Both the position numbers and the translations under genes were made by a program. A stretch of DNA of 64,000 nt from a virus. The stretch covers positions 1-64,000 of the IMG/VR virus record IMGVR_UViG_3300025785_000009. One strand, given 5' to 3'. Below the pieces are notes generated by a model. That model saw only the letters and a program-made list of their open reading frames with translations, searched no databases and was not told the origin of the DNA. Of the stretch, positions 1-7,300 are shown piece by piece (the first letter of the stretch is position 1; every line of letters begins with the position of its first letter).

Positions 1-18
1 TGCTCTACCTAATATAAA

Positions 19-95
<77 letters not shown>

Positions 96-99
96 ACGG

Positions 100-210
100 A
101 AAGCCGGTTACGTTTTTCATTTCGTCTAAGTTTCCCTAGTACAATTTTTCCGGCATAGTGGGAAGGACGCCGCCCCACTATCGTTTACACAATCAATCAG
201 GCGTCATAGC
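100..210 (-). ncRNA. Candidate structured RNA (H-type pseudoknot plus stem) between tRNAs
   Basis: Pairings 155-162/174-181 (8 bp), 166-171/200-205 (6 bp, pseudoknot), 103-107/150-154. Confidence 0.35.
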
Positions 211-211
211 T

Positions 212-286
212 TGGTGGAAATAAGTAGATTCGAACTACTGACCTGCGCCGTATGAAGGCGATGCACTACCGCTGTGCTATATTTCC
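212..286 (-). tRNA. tRNA with CAT anticodon (Met, possibly Ile2)
   Basis: Cloverleaf, anticodon loop TTCATAC, encoded CCA. Confidence 0.9.
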
Positions 287-293
287 GATTAAT

Positions 294-419
294 TTACTTG
301 GTTAATAACTCTATCGCTTGTTGCACTAAATCCAATTGGATATGTAGTCGGTGCGATATTTCTATGGCATCTAAGTTTCTACTTAGAAGTTCTTTGACTT
401 GCGCTAGCAATGGTGACAT
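294..419 (-). CDS. Small hypothetical protein (41 aa, MSPLLAQ...)
   Basis: Internal ATG of the 294..590 ORF; fills the gap between tRNAs; helical amphipathic sequence. Confidence 0.55.
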   Translation of the reverse strand: MSPLLAQVKELLSRNLDAIEISHRLHIQLDLVQQAIELLTK

Positions 420-460
420 ACATATATAACGCCTAGTGCTGTCAAAAAGTTTACAATGTT

Positions 461-550
461 TGGCGGAAACGGTGAGATTCGAACTCACGGTGCCTTTCGA
501 CACGACAGTTTTCAAGACTGTTGCAATAAACCGGACTCTGCCACATTTCC
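461..550 (-). tRNA. tRNA-Ser(TGA)
   Basis: Anticodon arm ACAGT-CTTGAAA-ACTGT, long variable arm, CCA. Confidence 0.95.
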
Positions 551-557
551 TAAATTT

Positions 558-633
558 TGGGGTAACTGATGGGATTCGAACCCACGACAACCGGAATCAC
601 AATCCGGGATTCTACCACTGAACTACAGTTACC
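558..633 (-). tRNA. tRNA-His(GTG)
   Basis: CCGGA-TTGTGAT-TCCGG arm, G-1 and C73, CCA. Confidence 0.95.
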
Positions 634-635
634 AT

Positions 636-710
636 TGGTCTGCCCTGCAGGAATCGAACCCACATTAAAAGGGTAGAAGCCTTCTGTATTATCCATTATA
701 CTAAGGGCAG
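636..710 (-). tRNA. tRNA-Arg(TCT)
   Basis: GAAGG-CTTCTAC-CCTTT arm, GGTTCGATT T-loop, CCA. Confidence 0.9.
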
Positions 711-729
711 ACATTAATAAATAGATCAT

Positions 730-1644
730 ATGAACAATCAATCACTTGCGTTCACGTACAAGTATTACAACATACCCAACCACCCAGTGGAAGGTAGATT
801 CCAAATACGTTTTTCTCCAATCCGACGTGCATTGATGCCGTGGAAGGATGAGGTTGCCAATACTATACAGGCCATATACCATTCTGCAGACAGTCCACTG
901 TTTGTGGCCTTGAGCGGTGGTATTGACAGCGAAATTGTTGCAAGAAGTCTGTTAGAAAATTCCATACCGTTTTCAGCAATAACAATCGAGTACACCAACG
1001 GGTTCAATGCTCACGACATTCAATATGCTCGAGATTTTTGTAAAAAATATTCAATCGAGCATCATACTGTCACCGTTGATCCAAATTATTTGTACACTAC
1101 CAAAATGGAACAGTACATTGATCATGGATACTGTGCTAGAAATTTATACAGATACCTGCAACTGTTTATATTAGAGACTGTTGAAAATCTAAATGGTACT
1201 GCTGTCTTGGGCGCCGAAACTCAGGCCTACTACTTGCTGGATGGTCAACTGCACATAAGATATTCCACCGAAATACTAAACACCATCCGGTGGTGCAAAA
1301 CAAACAATGTTGATCACTGTGTGAATTTTTTCTTGCACAATCCCGAATTGTATGCTGCGTATATGCAAATGCCCGACGTACAGCAAGTGTTAAACAATCC
1401 ACTGGCTTGCAAAAATACTGTTGAACTGGATCGCACCCGTAACGTGCCAAGCGGAGCCAGTCCTGAAAAAGAATTGGTGTATCGATTGGTGTGGCCCGAT
1501 CTAACAGAACGGCCCAAGTACAACGGATTTGAAGAAATCATTCAAATCCGTATCCACGCACAAGATCAACTGCGAGCACGTTTTCCTGAAGTGGGCTTTG
1601 TTTATATACCAGTTAACAAAATTAAAACTCAACTGGGTATCTGA
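730..1644 (+). CDS. PP-loop (adenine nucleotide alpha hydrolase / Asn synthase-like) protein
   Basis: VALSGGIDS PP-loop motif; ATAAATA just upstream. Confidence 0.75.
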   Translation: MNNQSLAFTYKYYNIPNHPVEGRFQIRFSPIRRALMPWKDEVANTIQAIYHSADSPLFVALSGGIDSEIVARSLLENSIPFSAITIEYTNGFNAHDIQYARDFCKKYSIEHHTVTVDPNYLYTTKMEQYIDHGYCARNLYRYLQLFILETVENLNGTAVLGAETQAYYLLDGQLHIRYSTEILNTIRWCKTNNVDHCVNFFLHNPELYAAYMQMPDVQQVLNNPLACKNTVELDRTRNVPSGASPEKELVYRLVWPDLTERPKYNGFEEIIQIRIHAQDQLRARFPEVGFVYIPVNKIKTQLGI

Positions 1645-1645
1645 T

Positions 1646-1719
1646 TGGAGCGGGACAGGAGAATCGAACTCCTAACCGAAGATTGGAAATCTGCTGTTTT
1701 ACCATTAAACTAGTCCCGC
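1646..1719 (-). tRNA. tRNA-Gly(TCC)
   Basis: Loop TTTCCAA, GCGGGAC acceptor, U73, CCA. Confidence 0.92.
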
Positions 1720-2819
1720 ACAAACACATCTTCTACTACGTTACGCATAATGAGTTGTTTAAACTCGGCTGGATCTGCTGCTTTTGGCGCACAAAATCCA
1801 CAGCGACAATACTCTTTCTTACATTTGATAATGGGCATACCTGAGGCCAATTGTGTTTTCAATGTTGCAATGATCTTTCCATCATCAACGTATCCTAGTG
1901 GCTCAACACGACCAGTGGTACTCATACGGCAATCTTTGTTGGTAAAAACTGCACGATCTACCTGTCGCAGGAACAAAAAGAACCAGTTCACGCTACACGA
2001 CCAACCTTCAAATCCTTGACGCTGCACAAAGGAGACATTGCTCTTTAGGTCACCATTTACACTCAAACGCCGTCCGCCACAACAGGCGCGACCTTCGTCA
2101 ATGGCCTGTACTGTGTCTTTGGTTTCAGTTATGGGAATCATCCAAAATGTTTTTAATTCGTTAAACTGTTGGCCGGTGTAAGTCCATTCCTCACCGCGGT
2201 TGTCCAAGGGCTTGACCACGTGACGTATGTTGTGATACTTGCAAAAATCTATTATAGACTTGCTGTCATCAAAGTATACAGGTTCGTTGTGCATCATAAC
2301 AATGCATTTGAATCTACGATTGTGTTCCTTGAGATACAAAATATTGTCCAAAAATTGTTGTTTTTGTTTGGGCAAATTCTCTGCGTGGTAGCTTACTGTA
2401 AACTCATCCACCAACGGAACTATTTCAGCCCAACGTCTGGGACCAACAATGGCATTGGTAGTACAGGTCACTGTCAGGTGCCAGCGATCCTGATATGGTT
2501 CGTAGCGACTGTGACACTCACGCAGGATCTCTACTATGTCAGGATGAAATACACTTTCACCACCGTAAACATTTAACACAACTTTGCGCTGACTAGGTCG
2601 TTTGTGTTGCATATATTGATCCACATACCTGTACATAAAATCAATTGATGCTAGGCATTCTTCCAAAGGAGGATGCTGAGTTGTGTTGTCGTGTCCCCCA
2701 TCTAGACCACTTGGGCAATATGAGCAATCCAAATTACATAATTTGGTCAATTCCCAATCTAGTAAAAAGGCCGGTACATTGGCAGGATCTAATGCAAATG
2801 CTATTGAGTTAACTGTCAT
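1710..2819 (-). CDS. Radical SAM protein
   Basis: CNLDCSYC (CxxxCxxC) and GGE motifs; C-terminal Cys cluster. Confidence 0.9.
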   Translation of the reverse strand: MTVNSIAFALDPANVPAFLLDWELTKLCNLDCSYCPSGLDGGHDNTTQHPPLEECLASIDFMYRYVDQYMQHKRPSQRKVVLNVYGGESVFHPDIVEILRECHSRYEPYQDRWHLTVTCTTNAIVGPRRWAEIVPLVDEFTVSYHAENLPKQKQQFLDNILYLKEHNRRFKCIVMMHNEPVYFDDSKSIIDFCKYHNIRHVVKPLDNRGEEWTYTGQQFNELKTFWMIPITETKDTVQAIDEGRACCGGRRLSVNGDLKSNVSFVQRQGFEGWSCSVNWFFLFLRQVDRAVFTNKDCRMSTTGRVEPLGYVDDGKIIATLKTQLASGMPIIKCKKEYCRCGFCAPKAADPAEFKQLIMRNVVEDVFVRD

Positions 2820-3757
2820 AATTCGCTTGTCAAATATTCTACTATCTCTTTTACTGTTTGTATCTTGGTAATATGTTTGACACCAGCACCAGCATAGATA
2901 TGCCCCACTGTGCCGTCACCCTGTATACCTGTGGTTAACGAACGTTCTCTGTTCCAATCACCTTCGGCAATTTTGTCGTTTACCACCGTATCTAAGTCGC
3001 CCAAGATCAAAGCATTTTGTTTTGTGTCAGGCAATTGTGTTGTGCCGTTTGCCGAGATCATTGATTGTTTGGCAGCTGTGCTTAGATTACTTTCTTGGCT
3101 GGCTGCAAATAGTGTACCTACCCCAACCGCAGTTGCACCCGATTCCACATAGTCTCGAACTTGCTTGGCTGTGCCTACTCCGCCGTACGGTATCAAAATT
3201 GCCGACGGAGTTAACTTTTTCTGTGCCTGGAACAACTCCCAGGTTGTGTAAGTATCTCCACTGGATCCAGCCGAATCACTGCCCTTAAGGCAGTAAGCAA
3301 AATTAAATTTGCTGTATTCGGGATTACGTCTACGATACATAACCTGCATCGGGCTTATATATTTGAGCATACCATTCATCACTGTGGCATAGTTGTTGCC
3401 TAACCGGAGCTTGATGCGTTCCCAATCGTTTAGTGTATCTCTGGGATTGTTGATGGCATATACTTCCAAGTGACTGACTTGATGTTCCTTGAGTATACGC
3501 ATTAGTGTTCGATCAAAGAAATGTTCAACACCGATTGAAAATACCAAATCGCTGGCACCAGCCGCGTGTCTAAATTCTTTAAGCAACGCATTGACCTGAT
3601 CGTAATTTTTTTCTGCCACTTCAAATTGCACAAACTCACTGACTACCAAGCTGGGCACAATGCCTGCTTCCCAACAGGCCAAGGCCAATGGCAAGTCTGA
3701 CACTTGATTCATTGCCGCTTCTACAATGGGGTATCTTGAATTAAAGTATGTTTTCAT
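2816..3757 (-). CDS. Nitronate monooxygenase / FabK-like flavin enzyme
   Basis: YPIVEAAMNQVSDLPLA N-terminus; GGVG...GATAVGVGTLFAASQES FMN-barrel motifs. Confidence 0.8.
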   Translation of the reverse strand: MKTYFNSRYPIVEAAMNQVSDLPLALACWEAGIVPSLVVSEFVQFEVAEKNYDQVNALLKEFRHAAGASDLVFSIGVEHFFDRTLMRILKEHQVSHLEVYAINNPRDTLNDWERIKLRLGNNYATVMNGMLKYISPMQVMYRRRNPEYSKFNFAYCLKGSDSAGSSGDTYTTWELFQAQKKLTPSAILIPYGGVGTAKQVRDYVESGATAVGVGTLFAASQESNLSTAAKQSMISANGTTQLPDTKQNALILGDLDTVVNDKIAEGDWNRERSLTTGIQGDGTVGHIYAGAGVKHITKIQTVKEIVEYLTSEL

Positions 3758-3762
3758 ATGTT

Positions 3763-3836
3763 TGGCGGGACTCCAGGGAATCGAACCCCGATCTGCGGTT
3801 TTGGAGACCGATGTAATGCCATTATACCAGAGACCC
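3763..3836 (-). tRNA. tRNA-Trp(CCA)
   Basis: Loop CTCCAAA, cloverleaf, CCA end. Confidence 0.92.
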
Positions 3837-3842
3837 AGATAC

Positions 3843-3918
3843 TGGTAGGACGTGACGGGTTCGAACCGCCGACATTCACGGTGTAAGCGTGACGCTCTAC
3901 CAGCTGAGCTAACGTCCT
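3843..3918 (-). tRNA. tRNA-Val(TAC)
   Basis: TCACG-CTTACAC-CGTGA arm, CCA. Confidence 0.95.
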
Positions 3919-3927
3919 AATTAAAAC

Positions 3928-4038
3928 TTTGCGTTCAGTGCTTGAACCTGTGGTAGCCCTGACTCTTCCTGGCTCCTCTCCACGTCGTCCGGATTCCTAG
4001 TGGAGTTTAGAGTTGTTCCAGTGTAGCTACTACGCAAA
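3928..4038. ncRNA. Candidate rod-shaped ncRNA within the tRNA array
   Basis: Nested complementary blocks tttgcgt/acgcaaa, gtagc/gctac, actct/agagt, ctccac/gtggag. Confidence 0.5.
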
Positions 4039-4041
4039 TCT

Positions 4042-4117
<76 letters not shown>

Positions 4118-4126
4118 TTTGAAACT

Positions 4127-4202
4127 TGGCGCTCCCGACCGGATTCGAACCGGTGTACTTGCCGTGAAAGGGCAATGTCCTAGGCCTCTAGACGACGGGA
4201 GC
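4127..4202 (-). tRNA. tRNA-Glu(TTC)
   Basis: TTGCC-CTTTCAC-GGCAA arm, CCA. Confidence 0.95.
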
Positions 4203-4641
4203 CTAAATCTTTTAATACACGATCTGGCGATATATCGCTGTAGATTTTTATACGAGTATCGGCAGTGATTTTTTGTTTAAACGGTTGTTCGCAATAGTAC
4301 TCTACTATAGGACTATTTAATACAGCCGCAAACTGCCAATAATCTTTTAAAAAATCATTTTTTCCTTTTTTACCAAGCACCAGTTTGAATGAATCCAAAT
4401 CATCGGGTATTTGATAAAACTTTATTTTGTTTGAAAACTTGCTCATCAAAATGTCAAACAAAATAAAATCGCCAAATGACACACAGTACACATCATCGAT
4501 TCCTTCAGCACGGTAGTTGTCGTACAAGTCGGCTATGCGTTTAACGTGTTCTATTGTGGGTTCGCTTTGTGGGCGGTTGATACCAAAAATGAGAATTCGT
4601 TTTGCAGATAGAGAATCAGATTCTAAAAAGTTGCCTTTCAT
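4180..4641 (-). CDS. Degenerate redoxin (peroxiredoxin-5-like) protein
   Basis: GIDDVYCVSFGD resembles Prx5 GVDEIYCVSVND; no PxxxTxxC motif. Confidence 0.6.
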   Translation of the reverse strand: MKGNFLESDSLSAKRILIFGINRPQSEPTIEHVKRIADLYDNYRAEGIDDVYCVSFGDFILFDILMSKFSNKIKFYQIPDDLDSFKLVLGKKGKNDFLKDYWQFAAVLNSPIVEYYCEQPFKQKITADTRIKIYSDISPDRVLKDLGSRRLEA

Positions 4642-4649
4642 AGAATCTG

Positions 4650-4678
4650 ATTATACTTTAAAACTATTTAAAAGTCAA
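4650..4678 (-). promoter_or_regulatory. Sigma70-type promoter with embedded TAAATA
   Basis: TTGACT-17 nt-TATAAT; ATG 8 nt downstream. Confidence 0.7.
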
Positions 4679-5629
4679 TTAACTTTTACGGATGCTGTCT
4701 ACCAAACCTGGTAAAAATACGGAATCATACTTGGCATACAATGGTTCTGTCAATGCTTCGAACTTGGCCATTTCTTCTGCTGATAATTCTTTGTATGTTA
4801 CACCAGTTTCAGCTGGATCTGCTTTGGCCAGCTTGTCGCTGTCTTCAACGGACCACTTGCGCTCTAAACGTGCAGCATTGATAGCAGCTTGGCTTAGTTT
4901 GGCTTGTAGATCTTCGCTTAAACTGCTCCACCATTTCTCGCTAACGATAATGCTGGTCAAGAACAAGCTGTGTTTTGTATCTGTAACATAACGCTTGTTG
5001 GTCTTGTTTACAGTGGCCAACAAACGTGGAACTGTTGTGTCAACTGCATCGTGCTGGTCGCCTTCTGCGTGAACAGCTGCCCAGTAGTCTTCAATAGCGT
5101 GTGGATCAGGTTGACCGCCAATGGCTTCGATTGTGTCGATACCGATTGGGTTTGTGCCTGTATAAAAACTTAGATTTTTAAAGTCTGCCAAAGATTTGAT
5201 TTCTTCGTCACTGGCAACAATACGGAAACCACCTGAGTATGTAAAAGCTAAACCACGTGCTGGTGATTTTTCTTTTAGCTCGCTCAACATAGCTTGGCCG
5301 ATTTCGCCTTCTAGAACTCTAGTAGCGTGGTCGTGATCTTTAAATAGGAATGGTAGTTCCAAAGCCATAAAAGCTGGAACGTTCCACTTCCATAATTGGC
5401 TAATATGCAACTGGCTCATTTCAATTTTGCCTTGGTCCATATAAACCATTGGATTTTCTCTTGTGCCATTGTTGTGCTTTTCAGCATATTCTGTAGCAGT
5501 AAGAATTTCGATGTCAATTGCACCGTTTGTGCTGTTGCGTACTTCTTCAGCAAAAGCTTCAGCTGTACGCAAAAATAGATGTACTGGCTCGTGAGCAATT
5601 AACCACTTAATTTTGTTTGTTTGTTGCAT
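4679..5629 (-). CDS. TRAP-type (DctP family) solute-binding protein without signal peptide
   Basis: ELPFLFKDHDHA, SGGFR, IVSEKWWSSLSEDLQ motifs typical of DctP. Confidence 0.85.
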   Translation of the reverse strand: MQQTNKIKWLIAHEPVHLFLRTAEAFAEEVRNSTNGAIDIEILTATEYAEKHNNGTRENPMVYMDQGKIEMSQLHISQLWKWNVPAFMALELPFLFKDHDHATRVLEGEIGQAMLSELKEKSPARGLAFTYSGGFRIVASDEEIKSLADFKNLSFYTGTNPIGIDTIEAIGGQPDPHAIEDYWAAVHAEGDQHDAVDTTVPRLLATVNKTNKRYVTDTKHSLFLTSIIVSEKWWSSLSEDLQAKLSQAAINAARLERKWSVEDSDKLAKADPAETGVTYKELSAEEMAKFEALTEPLYAKYDSVFLPGLVDSIRKS

Positions 5630-5652
5630 TTAGGAATCTCCTGGATTGTAAG

Positions 5653-5660
5653 TATTTATA
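5653..5660 (-). promoter_or_regulatory. T4-type late promoter TATAAATA
   Basis: Exact TATAAATA upstream of the DctP-like gene. Confidence 0.6.
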
Positions 5661-5700
5661 CACTTGATAAGTATATTTATTACTAATCCGCTATTTGGGC

Positions 5701-5865
5701 TTAATTAGTACCGTCGTTGACGTTTAGTACTGTTTCACTGATAACTTTACCATTCAACAACAACTGTACTGTAAAATTGTCGCTGTCGTCGTATGGACCA
5801 ACAGTATTAAACGAGTTGATTGTTAAATTTGCTGTTAGAAACGCAATTAAATCTTGTTCTGTCAT
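5701..5865 (-). CDS. Small hypothetical protein (54 aa, MTEQDLIAF...)
   Basis: AGGAG Shine-Dalgarno before the internal ATG, downstream of tRNA-Tyr. Confidence 0.6.
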   Translation of the reverse strand: MTEQDLIAFLTANLTINSFNTVGPYDDSDNFTVQLLLNGKVISETVLNVNDGTN

Positions 5866-5891
5866 ATCTGCTCCTGTACAACTATTTAGCT

Positions 5892-5975
5892 TGGTGGAGA
5901 ATACTGGGATCGAACCAGTCGTGTCAAAGACGGCGGATTTACAGTCCACTGCATCACCATTGATGCTTCTTCTCC
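5892..5975 (-). tRNA. tRNA-Tyr(GTA)
   Basis: Loop CTGTAAA, long variable arm, CCA. Confidence 0.95.
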
Positions 5976-6003
5976 AAATTTATGTGTTCTCTGTTGCCAA
6001 AGA

Positions 6004-6105
6004 ATATAGCAAAGCCTACTAGTTTGTCAAATGGACGACTATGAGTCTTTTCAATTGACCTGCGCTTTCCAGGCGCGACTATTCGTCTAATAGACTTTGC
6101 TATAT
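6004..6105 (-). ncRNA. Candidate ncRNA closed by a 19-bp terminal stem
   Basis: ATATAGCAAAGTCTATTAG pairs with CTAGTAGGCTTTGCTATAT; two G-U wobbles indicate the minus strand. Confidence 0.5.
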
Positions 6106-6215
6106 ACTTATTTTACTCCCGACGTTGTCGCCATCAGTTTGATCCAAGTACCCGCCCCTTTATGGCTTTTTTAGAGTGGTCCAACGGAGCTCGTTTCCTA
6201 CGTCCACTTTACTGC

Positions 6216-6374
6216 TTATTTTTTAGAACGGGCCTTTTCTAACAGTCGGGCCTGTTCAACCAACGCCTGCACTTGTGCCTGCGCTCTTGCTACCTTTGCT
6301 TCCATCAAAGCAACCTTCTGCTCTGGAGAAAGAAAGAACTTGTTTTCTTTTTCTAGTTTTTTATGTTCTAACAT
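6216..6374 (-). CDS. Small coiled-coil protein (52 aa, MLEHKKLEKENKFFLSPEQKVALMEAKVARAQAQVQALVEQARLLEKARSKK)
   Basis: Strong SD AAGGAG; first ORF after the attenuator terminator; too short for the ORF track. Confidence 0.7.
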   Translation of the reverse strand: MLEHKKLEKENKFFLSPEQKVALMEAKVARAQAQVQALVEQARLLEKARSKK

Positions 6375-6387
6375 TACCTTCTCCTTT

Positions 6388-6422
6388 AAAAACAAAAAAC
6401 CCTGGGTGTTTAGTCCAGGGTC
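6388..6422 (-). terminator. Intrinsic terminator of the putative attenuator
   Basis: ACCCTGG/CCAGGGT stem followed by TTTTTGTTTTT. Confidence 0.8.
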
Positions 6423-6470
6423 TTAATTAAAATATATGGTTAGATTGATATCTTAATTAAGACCCCCAGG
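6418..6470 (-). promoter_or_regulatory. Antiterminator hairpin competing with the terminator
   Basis: 13-bp perfect inverted repeat 6453-6465/6418-6430 (GGGTCTTAATTAA/TTAATTAAGACCC) overlapping the terminator 5' arm. Confidence 0.7.
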
Positions 6471-6569
6471 TTCACGATCACTATTAATCATTGTAAACAC
6501 TGACCAATAGGCTAGCCCGCCTAGGTTTGGCTGTGGTGCGGATAGATGTTTACAAGTTCTAAGTGTCAT
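6453..6569 (-). CDS. Putative attenuator leader peptide (38 aa, MTLRTCKHLSAPQPNLGGLAYWSVFTMINSDREPGGLN) containing all 20 amino acids
   Basis: Starts 10 nt after a consensus -10 box; stop codon lies inside the antiterminator 5' arm. Confidence 0.7.
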   Translation of the reverse strand: MTLRTCKHLSAPQPNLGGLAYWSVFTMINSDREPGGLN

Positions 6570-6579
6570 AATGTTATCA

Positions 6580-6608
6580 ATTATACATTTATTTATCTTT
6601 TGTGTCAA
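6580..6608 (-). promoter_or_regulatory. Consensus sigma70 promoter with embedded late-type ATAAATA
   Basis: TTGACA (6608-6603), 17 nt, TATAAT (6585-6580). Confidence 0.85.
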
Positions 6609-6652
6609 CCTGGTGTGGTAAATAATTATATTCCCTGAAAGTACACTACTAT

Positions 6653-7300
6653 ATGCAACTAATCAAAGCAAGCGCCGGCGTCATTGACCAATTCAATTCG
6701 ATGTATCCATCCAAATCCGAAAAAGTTACCAATGCCACTGTTGACACTATTCCTTACAGCACCATATATGGGTTTGTATTGGACGGACAGGCTCGTTTAC
6801 CAAACGGTTGGATTGCCAGCAAAGATCAATATTTCTGTTATACACCAAAAGACGGCGACACAGTTGCAGTTGACGGCGTTGCTGTTATTATAACACGATT
6901 GGGATTTATCGGTCAACAGTCAGTGGGTGGCCCGATTGAACAAAATGGACGTTTGTGTTATATTGATGGTTGCAGTGACAGCCTGTTGATTTATCCGCCA
7001 AGATTGGGAGACCCCAGTTTGAATATGTTGTATTTTCCACCCGGCATTGATCAAACATTTCACATACATCCTAGTTTAAGACTGGGTATGGTAGTGCGCG
7101 GCAAGGGTTACAGTTGTTTCCAAGATCAAGAAATTGCACTTGAAGTAGGAAATATTTTTTCGATCGAAGAACGCGAATTACACAGATTTAGAACTGAAGA
7201 CGAATCGATGACCGTTATTGCGTTTCATCCCGACGGTGATTGGGGTCCTACTGATCAAAATCACACAATGTTAAACAGAACCTACATTACCACTAAGTAG
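6653..7300 (+). CDS. Cupin-domain protein
   Basis: QTFHIHPS...RELHRF metal-binding cupin motifs. Confidence 0.8.
   Translation: MQLIKASAGVIDQFNSMYPSKSEKVTNATVDTIPYSTIYGFVLDGQARLPNGWIASKDQYFCYTPKDGDTVAVDGVAVIITRLGFIGQQSVGGPIEQNGRLCYIDGCSDSLLIYPPRLGDPSLNMLYFPPGIDQTFHIHPSLRLGMVVRGKGYSCFQDQEIALEVGNIFSIEERELHRFRTEDESMTVIAFHPDGDWGPTDQNHTMLNRTYITTK

Noticed and set aside
155-210. Theta/HDV-like ribozyme after a tRNA
   Set aside because: No P3/L3 or J4/2 catalytic segment; kept only as a simple pseudoknot.
436-741. Short ORFs overlapping tRNAs (also 3921-4175 and 9069-9264)
   Set aside because: They are translations of tRNA genes.
6106-6215. Hammerhead ribozyme (GAAAC and CTGATG present)
   Set aside because: The core reads CTGATGG rather than CTGANGA, and the three stems cannot be built.
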